Below are positions 54,769-64,000 of a stretch of DNA of 64,000 nucleotides, piece after piece (position 1 is the first letter of the stretch; the number at the start of each line of letters is the position of its first letter). The stretch comes from Trichoplax adhaerens (taxonomy: Eukaryota; Animalia; Placozoa): the NCBI RefSeq assembly GCF_000150275.1, contig NW_002060944.1:6423102-6487101 (forward strand), written 5' to 3'. Position numbers and translations under genes: made by a program. The notes below the pieces were generated by a model that saw nothing but the letters and a program-made list of their open reading frames with translations, was not told the origin of the DNA and searched no databases.

Positions 54769-57753
54769 CTCGCTAGAAGAATAGCTAAACATGAAAAGCA
54801 ATTACAGAAGCTGACCAGTTATTATCAGGTATAATTAATTACGTCAATCCGTCTCTAACTTACGTATATTTTAATTAGTAATTTAATTATCGTTTAACTT
54901 TACAAGGTAACCTATATATTTGTATACGTAGTTAAGTACACGTGTATCTAGTCTATATAATTGCTATGAATTACGTAATAGATAAGTAAAATAAAGATTA
55001 TTGTGCTTACTTCAATTAATAAAATTTTATTTTCTTAGGAAAGCACAATTTTCAAACATGCAATATTTTAACAATGTAATTTTTGATAATTTCTATTTTA
55101 CGTATTTTCGCAATAGGATTACATAAATAAGCATAAGCAATCTATCAAGCAATCTCCTAATTCAACTGATTGCTGTATTAGCGAGAATAATGATAAAACC
55201 GGAAATATATCCAAACATAATCCAGTAACATGTCCCGACGATATGATAGCCAGTCAGGATACCGCTTTGTTCTTACCTACACTACAAATGTTTGATAACG
55301 ATGATGACGATAATCAAGCATTAACCCAAATTGAAGATCATGACGGTCATATTGAAAATGATAGTCAATTAACAGGTCATGATATCGATTTGGTTAGTAA
55401 TCTACAAGGAAATGGTATGGAAACTGTTGAAGATGATAGTTTATTGATGTTGGAGGCAAAAGCAACCCCATCATATAAATGCGATAACAATGCTAGCATA
55501 AATAGCGACAACTCTCATGCCTTAAGTACTGGAAATAAAAGACAACAATCTGTAGATACCAAAATAAAATCACTTAATTGGACTATCAATAGCTGCGCAG
55601 ACGTTGATGACATAGAGAAAAGTAGTACAACGTTGTATGAATTTCAATTACAAGCATGTTTACAGGTAAATGGGCGAACAATATTATTACCAACTAAATA
55701 ATGAATTAGAATTTATTAATATTAATGCTAAATCTTAATTTCTAACGACCTTAAGGTTAAAGAACCAGTCAAATCGATCGCTTTTTCAAGTAACAATGGC
55801 AATTGTAATGACTCTATTAAGATAGCTACTTGTTCCGACCGAATAATCACTATATGGACATTATCAAAGGACGATTTTTCTGAATGGAATTTCGTAAAAT
55901 GTCTCACATGCGATAAAAACGTATATCAAACTATTGGATTTAATATAAAACAATAAAAATGATGGACAAATTAACGTTATATTTTGATTATCCTTAAATA
56001 TTTAGATGGAAAAATTTAGCGATGTTAACTTTCTCTCAACGGACACCGGAATCTGTATTTCAGTTACTGGTAAATTTCGGGCATCTCATAATAGGTAAGT
56101 AAACATAGTACAGCCTGTCAAGACTATTACGCATATTGTACAATTATCACGCGTTGATAGCAAATTTTTTTTGTAATCTTGTAACGGTGATATAACTATT
56201 TGAATATGAATATTTAGAATTTATAGAATAACAGACAAAGAAGACTTTAGTTTAGAACTTCGTAGCGGTTGTTCAAAGTAAGAGAAAAAATCCCAATAGG
56301 AATGTAGTCGAAGCGATTATACTGCACTGGTTCATCTTATTTCTTAATATACATTGAAATAATTCCAGGTTCCCGTGTAAATGTGAATATCGATCTGTAA
56401 ATTGTCCACCTGGTCACAAAAACGTTATTACTGCAATATTGAATGGAAACGATAAAAATTATTACTTTAGAAAATACTGTCTTGATGACAAATGCCAGTA
56501 AGTTTGATGTTATAGCACCTTCATATTATTACTAATATAAAATTTATTCCTTTTAACGGTAAATTGATAGATAATTAATTTATATTGTCTATATTCTACA
56601 CAGGAATTTAATATCTTGTAATGATTTCGAAAAACCCAATATATTAGAAAAGTTATCGTCTATTGTTGTAGCGCATGGATCTGAACTGATGTTATTAGGA
56701 TTATTTGAAAAGACGATTGTCCTATGGTAATAAACTACTTTGTAGAAAATATCGGATTTTTCTTATAAGGAGTACTTTATAATAATTTTTGCAAAAATAG
56801 GAATTGGAGTAACTATCAAATCACAAAGAGAATAGCGCTAGACGGGTCGTTTATTGAAAAAGAGGCTGCAAAATGTTTTCGAGTTGTAATCGAAAAGGTT
56901 AATTAGTAGCTTAAAAACAGATTCATGCATGCTTTGTTTGCATAAGTAAAATGTGAACAACAGTTTAGGAAATATTGTACGAGATTTCTTACATTTTCAT
57001 TTATATTAATACTATTATAGGACTGGCTGTTCGCAGTGATTGGTTCCAGTTTCGATAAGGTAATATAGCATAAATAATAACTGCTAAAGTCTCGGATATT
57101 GTTTATTTCTTGCCTTAGATATTTATTTATTATTGATAGCGATCGATTTTTTTTATTTTCGTTCGTCTCATTTTTACATATGTACCTGGTACCTGCAAAT
57201 AATTCTTCTTTGAAAGAATAAAGACAGCGATGCATTGATGCATAATTATTGTCTACTTGCTCTCAATCATAAAAGTAATCGTATAGTGAAGCTACAAAGC
57301 TATGGATTCCAAGAGTGCGAAAGTACCCAAAGGTTGTTAAAAAAGTTCCAGCATTTTCATCAATAAATCATTTTTATCTTATCTATCGTAACTATATTAT
57401 TTTCTGTTTTTATATCCTTGTTCTTAGAACTGATGTAGCGTTATGTTGCGTATCACAAACACACATCGCAACAGTCACTAGAAATAACACGATTTACTTA
57501 TGGAACCTCTATACATCTGCTTGCTTAGCAGAAATACCGTATCAGGGTACTGTATATTATTATGATTTACAGGGATAATAGCTTAATAAGTTTCAAAAAA
57601 ATTTTAGTAACACATAACATAACTCATTCTCTAGGTCAATATATTACTAGTATTCAATTACATCCCGAGCTTCACCTTTTTGCATTAGCAACGAATTCTA
57701 ATTGTCTTCATATCTATTCAAAAGTTAAGAAGGATGCCCAACTAAATAAGTAA
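54769..57753 (+). CDS. PALB2: PALB2-like protein (disordered acidic region plus C-terminal WD40 propeller); 5' end uncertain, possibly from ~52905
   Basis: Spliced exons give IATCSDRIITIW...EW, LLGLFEKTIVLW|NWSNYQITKRIALDGSF..KCFRVVIEK|DWLFAV and IATVTRNNTIYLWNLYTSACLAEIP...LFALATNSNCLHIY. These parallel the PALB2 WD40 ([51 protein letters not shown]). Confidence 0.55.
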
Positions 57754-60700
57754 TTATTGCAACTTTAATACATCTTAATAACTTAAAGAAAAAGAGAACT
57801 TAAAATATGCATATGAATAACTATAAAAATAAAATCTGTATTTTCGTGCTTAGTTAACATTAACTGCCATATCCTTCCGTTTAATTGAAGAGCAAGGAAT
57901 TAATATTGGCCCTTGATCGAATGAAATAATGATGACTTTACATATGGATGCTAGACTTTCAATTAGATCATAGTCGTATTATTAGAAAATAGATTTCAAT
58001 AATCCATTATGAGCGGCGCAGGTGCGAGAGAAGAATACGCGATTGTAAACACGTATCATAATCATATTTATTCTATTAAATTGAGATACTATTGATACTG
58101 TACAATAAATTTATTAAGAATTGTTAAAAAATTTTATATTGCTATCATTTTTCGAATAAATAAAAGTAAAACAATTGGGAGCCGAAATTATTTTTGAAAA
58201 GGAGTAAATAGGAAGTTTTATCTATTTGCATTTTTAGTTGTTATTCGTATAATGTTCTACCTGAGTAATGCAGGTAGGACTTACTGATGATAAATATTTT
58301 GTATAATTTATATTTTACCTCTTAAATTATCATGTGAATTACACATGATTAGCCATGATGTTTATTATATTATTTGTGATTAAGAATAATAACTGCTAAG
58401 ATTTTCATAAGTGGAATTTTTATTTTCATTGGAATAAAAATAAATGTCAAAATATTCAATTCAAGTTTTTATTAATAATGTACAATCATTTTCTTTTTGT
58501 TAAGTGTATTGATAACTGTTGACTACATGATGTCCATTCATACTATCAAATGGCTTATAACTCTAAACTGGTGTGCATACTTCAAAGTCTCTTTAAAATG
58601 AAAAGCAGATCGGCTAAAAAATTTTCAATTTTGAAAGCACTTCTAGATTTTTATGAACGATTTTGTAGGCGAACAAACACAGTACTGCAGAAGTTGTCCA
58701 CTTACACAACAGCGATACTCAACTCTAGTTCTATGATTGCATACTATTATACACCAGCATAAACAGTCTTGATATCATTGGCATTAATTCGAAAGATTAA
58801 TATACAGGGATTAAAGTTATTCAATCAAGTATAACCAATTTATATAGAGAGGTAATTATATTAAAATGAATGAATTGATATTTAACTGTGATGTGTAATC
58901 GTAGAGTATCTCGTAAATGAAAGATGAATGGCATGAATTATATTGATATTTGTTAACTGGCCTAAGTATCTTGATTCTTCACCTTCTGATTTCGTTAAGG
59001 TATGACTTATTTGCTACCTATTTATTAAATCAACGAAAATTATATTTATAACGGTCTTGTTGATGCTTCCATGGGCATTAATTATAGATTGTTAGTCTAT
59101 TTCATCCATATTAATTGATATTGCAATAACTTACAATGATGTAACCAATATTTTTCCTGTACTAATATCATTTCAGCGGTACTTGATAATAAAAAGAAGA
59201 GCTTAATGATGAAGAACAATAAAAGGCAGTATGGCGAACATTAAAAAGTTGATTATACTTAGTTTATACTATAATTAATTGCTTAAATGGTGTATTACAT
59301 TAATGAAAATAATATAATGGTCGATATATTCAAATCGCATATTTAATCCTATTGATTAAATAGAGCTATATGGATTGTTGAACTCATTCTTATATCTGCA
59401 ACTGTAAAATTGTCTTGTATTAACCTTTACGTTACCGTTACCTCATATTACGCAAACAATCCTCACTGTCTTGACACTTCTACAATGGTGATAATAACAC
59501 TCTGATGAATAATAAATATATTATTTATCATACTAAACAATAAAATTAAATATGAATACTACTTCTATAATAAGAAGAAAAATTCTAATAGTTACAGCTA
59601 TATTACGATTTAAAAAAGAGAAAGGAAAAATGATGAACTTTTGTAAAGGACTGTATCGATTTCCTTGTCCATAGCTCGATAATTTAGCTTGTATTACTGT
59701 GATCTTTGTCCTACGGTTCCTTGATCCATGGTTTACAAGAAGGAAACCGAGCCGACATTTGCCGTTTATTTATACATCCGTACGTATATTATAGGTATGA
59801 TACATATCTCTATGTATATTATATAAAGATAGATTTATATAACATACATAAATAATTTTATGATAGTATGTAACGCTAGGCAAGCAACAAAATAAAATAG
59901 GAACTTTTAGTCAATTCTAATTCACGTAGAATTTGTTAGCTGTAATTTGCCGATATGAATAAATAACAAACCCATAACAAGGGAATGAATAATAATGAGG
60001 AAAGGAATAGTATTGGCGCATGTCTATGTTTAAACCAGATTAATCTTGCCTTTGTACTACTTCACCCATAGAAATATTGCCTAATTCAATTAATCAATAC
60101 ATTTCTGTGTTTCATTTCGATGGTTATGCTAGCAAACAAAAGGCGAAAAATAAGGTAAAAATGAAAATTTAGATACTGAAAGTTGTTCATCAAAAAGCAA
60201 TGTATTAGGCGTATGCTACTGTAATTAACGTAGATAGCATGTTAACTTAATTCGGCAAGCTTACGAAAGGATGAATAGGTATTGATCCATCTACAATCTA
60301 GCAAGTTACGGTATTGGAAGCGAATATAACTGCGGTTGTTTGTCACCTGATGTAGTCGCGGCTATTATAACTTAATATGGAGTACGTAGGCTGACTCCGC
60401 TAGATAATTACGAGTCAGAAGCCCACATACAGCCATGTATTATATTATTTCTGTCATTCTGACATCAAAGAGGACTCATATCAACACTAATTATGAAGGT
60501 TATTACAAATATTCGATGCTGCTGAGTCTAAGTTAATAAAATAACCCACCTATTCTACCCACGCTACAAATAGATTACCAAATCCGTATAAAGTAACTGC
60601 AATTCTGCATTTTGACATTATTATCAATATAACAAATCCAGGATAAGATTTCGCATTTTGGGGTCTAGGTTAGACTACATAGACATTCGATAAAATTTTT

Positions 60701-63224
60701 TAAATTTATCCTTATTTTTCGTTTTATCTTGTACAAACAATATATAACTTCTTTTTGCAATGTATAATTAAGACATATACCTATAAAGCGAAGTAGCTAT
60801 ATATAGATATCAATATATTGAGAGAGAGATTTACAACCATGTATAAAGATAGCAAGATATTACTTTCGATACAGCATAGTTAAATCTCGTATAATGTTCT
60901 TGCTTAGTATTCTTCTTCAATAGTAGTCATTTACATTCTTTATACTCTCGTCTATTAGATAAGTAAATTCTTTTGAGTTGCACCAAAGTCACATTTTATT
61001 AAATATTTAATACCCGATCTAGCTTCACATGAGAACGATTTAAAATTTTGATATGCTTGATTCTTAATATTGTAGGTGAAAAATTAGATGACATTTATAT
61101 CATCAATTAGGAAGACATCGTGATCATTTGGTTTGAATCATTGCCTATCCTACTATTACTATCATCATTTTAATACAAGATTTACAAAGGGGTGCATTAT
61201 ATTCAATATAATTATTTTACTTCAAAATTTTTAACTATTGGCATTACTGGTGACTGCTATTCGAAGGCAAAAAAAGAAGAAAACCATACAAGTATATTAC
61301 GTATATATACTCGTGTGTAAGCATAGTATATATATACGTGTAGGTCATATATGCATATTTAAGAAAGAATTCTAGCCATGAGAAATAGCATTTTCGCCTT
61401 GTTAACATTACTTATTTGGCAAAGTTCCTATTGGATGATGATATTAAAGCAACAGGGTATAATAGCACTACCAAGTAAGTCCAATTCGACTAATAATCCA
61501 TAGCATCATCGATACAGTTTTAACTTTTCTTTCGTTAAATTGAATCAGTTAACTAGATACACCGTAAAATAGGTTAAATTTTTATTTATCGAGCGACTGT
61601 AAAATACGATTTTTAACTTTTATTAGATGGGCATCACTTCACCCCTGGTCGTTTTAATAAATTTATAATAGTATTGAGTTAAATTCCATCATCCTATGTT
61701 TGAATAGTCAACTTGTAATCGTTTCTATAATGATATTGACATGGTATCAAATCCTTCTGAATATCATGATATACTATCTTGAGATCAACCGTAGATGTTG
61801 TCGTCTCAATATCATAACGGATAGTGCATTTGAAACTAAAAAAATTTTCTGCTATCCCACTCCTACTAGAATGATTCATTATTGTGTCAATTCATTGATT
61901 TTTTTTCTTTCCCCTCTTCTTCCATAATAATTAATTAAAATTCAATGGGCCAATAGTTTGGTTGCTAGCAATAAATGATAAGCTAGCATTAATTAGACCA
62001 ATTTTAACTTGTATGAATTTCTATAGCTGATCGATTTCTTCATATTATCTCGTTTGCGGTAAGTTAGATTGTCTAAATATGATGATGATAGCAAACAGTA
62101 ATCGATAGAGAATCATTATGCAAGGTCAATAATTGTTATACAAAAAAGATTGAATTCGGTTCAATTGTCTAAGTTGGAAAAGTAGAATACTGTCATGCAA
62201 AGGATATAAGCAGGAAGCTAAGAATAAATAGTGAAAGATATTGCCGTCATTATCCACTAGTACGTAAGGAGTAGAGCATATAAATTTTTTTGATTTGTAT
62301 CACATGGGGCGTCTTGAAGGTGTAGCAAACTGATTGACACGATGGTCATAGAATCAAGTAGGAAGCAACAATAAATAACATCTCTTCCTCATGATTTTGA
62401 TCATTTTTTGTCCGAATACGAAGATATGGTCCATTCACGGGCCCAATAGTAATGAATGAGCGTAATCTACCTTGCCTAAAATTGTAATTGTTGTCGTTTT
62501 GGTAAGATGACACAAAATTGTCATTATTATACAATATTAGTCATTTTACAAGTCGTAGGTTACAAGAAGAATCGGCAGATGGCTCCTATTTAACAATTTT
62601 TTGAATATAATGAAAACCAATCTATTGGACAATTTCAGATGAAGAAAGTAGAATTCAATCTACTGCTATTGTTGACCATAATTATTAGTTGATCAGTTGC
62701 TTTTTAGATGTCTTCTTACCTATGGACATACAATACAAAATCTCCTAATTGTCAGTCTACCTGTATCCACTCATGCCCACGCTTAATTTACGGACATATT
62801 GCTATAGCAATCCCCCATGTCTGTAACTAATTATCGATTATTCTAGACACGCACTAATAGAATAAAAAATAATATGAATCCACCAACCCACTTGCATTTA
62901 TACGCGATACAACTGTGATATATCAGGTAATCTGATCGGTAATTTTTTTTCAAAATAATATTTATACCTTTCCATTTTATAAAAAAAATTTTTATCAATT
63001 CCTTTTTCTGCTCTTGTGAAGTTGTGCTGTAATTACTTCACGCTTCAAAATCCTTCGTTTTAAGTAACACTAAGCAAATAAAATTATAAAAAAAAATAAA
63101 TTACAAAAAAATTGCTAGCTGAAATCATTGAACATGTTACTTTCTATTCTCCAACAGGATTAGGCTTATGTATGCATAATGATATTAAATTAATAATTTT
63201 TATTCTTTTCCTAATACATTGTAG

Positions 63225-63976
63225 TATCGGATAAATGGAATAAAACTATAGCCAAAGCAATATCTCCATCATCATTGTTGCCATTATCAATAAATGATAG
63301 AAATAATCCGTCAGTTTCAGACAATCATCCACCGATAACTCATCGAACGACAATAAATTCAACTATACCACAGGAGCTATTATTAAATAGTACAATTTTG
63401 CCACCATCCGTAGACCAGACAAATTCAAACAATACCGATCATAATCAGGATCATAGCATGGTTAATAGCAATAATATCGATCATCATCGCCATCCGCAAG
63501 GTAATAATAGCCATCGTCACCAAAATAACAATGATGACAACAATAACGACAACAACTATTACATCAATACTAATCAAGTTATGGTTGTGACAACACAGTG
63601 GCAACAGCAATCTACCTCGCCATCATCTCCAGGTTTAGCAACAACTAGGACAAATACAAATCGAGGGAGGTATTTTTCTCCTCGTGAAATAAAATGTTGT
63701 AACATAGCAATGGTGAGTGGTGACCGTCATTATCCATGTAATGTTTATAGACAGACACAAGAACGAAATGATCAAATAGAACGACATAAGAAAAGCTTGA
63801 ACACTAATAATGTGAACCTTAGAAAAAAGCTAGTGAAAATATTTAAAGCTGCAATTGCAGAATTGCAAGAGGTTCAACGCTGTACTGATACTTCAAAGAA
63901 AATCCGTCATTATGAAAGATGTTGTACATCAATGAATTATTTTCGATTGGTTCGTAAGTCTAGAAAACGAGGTTAA
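63225..63976 (+). CDS. Uncharacterised protein, probable terminal exon (Asn/His/Thr low complexity, basic Cys-containing helical C-terminus)
   Basis: ~250-codon open frame following an acceptor-like ttgtag at 63224; no upstream exon identified and no family recognised. Confidence 0.45.
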
Positions 63977-64000
63977 ATAATATTGCTCAAAAAGCAATAT

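Overview
AT-rich, gene-dense eukaryotic (animal) genomic window with short GT-AG introns. The composition and compactness suggest a non-bilaterian such as a placozoan (Trichoplax-like); this is inference. Manual splicing supports about 16 protein-coding genes, 14 of them in seven head-to-head pairs: ERCC6/CSB-like (5' part) with endonuclease IV (APN1); TEDC2 with NOL11; DCTN5 with PIGX; an Amun-family HhH protein with NTHL1; PDAP1 with CPSF4; RPS9 with BUD31; a RING-bearing CRLF3 with a PALB2-like WD40 gene. A single-exon folate-receptor-family gene and an uncharacterised terminal exon complete the set. Most notable: (i) a DNA-repair-rich neighbourhood in which the uncharacterised Amun-like protein keeps the glycosylase Asp in the same register as its NTHL1 neighbour but lacks the lyase Lys; (ii) a CRLF3 with an N-terminal RING (TRIM-like architecture); (iii) a U12-type intron in NOL11; (iv) TACAG/CTGTA pentamer arrays and a shared inverted module in divergent promoters; (v) two triplicated promoter segments; (vi) gene neighbours that match human 7q22/16p/17q. 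Gene names come from recognised protein motifs, not database searches. No rRNA, tRNA, CRISPR array or autonomous transposon was found.
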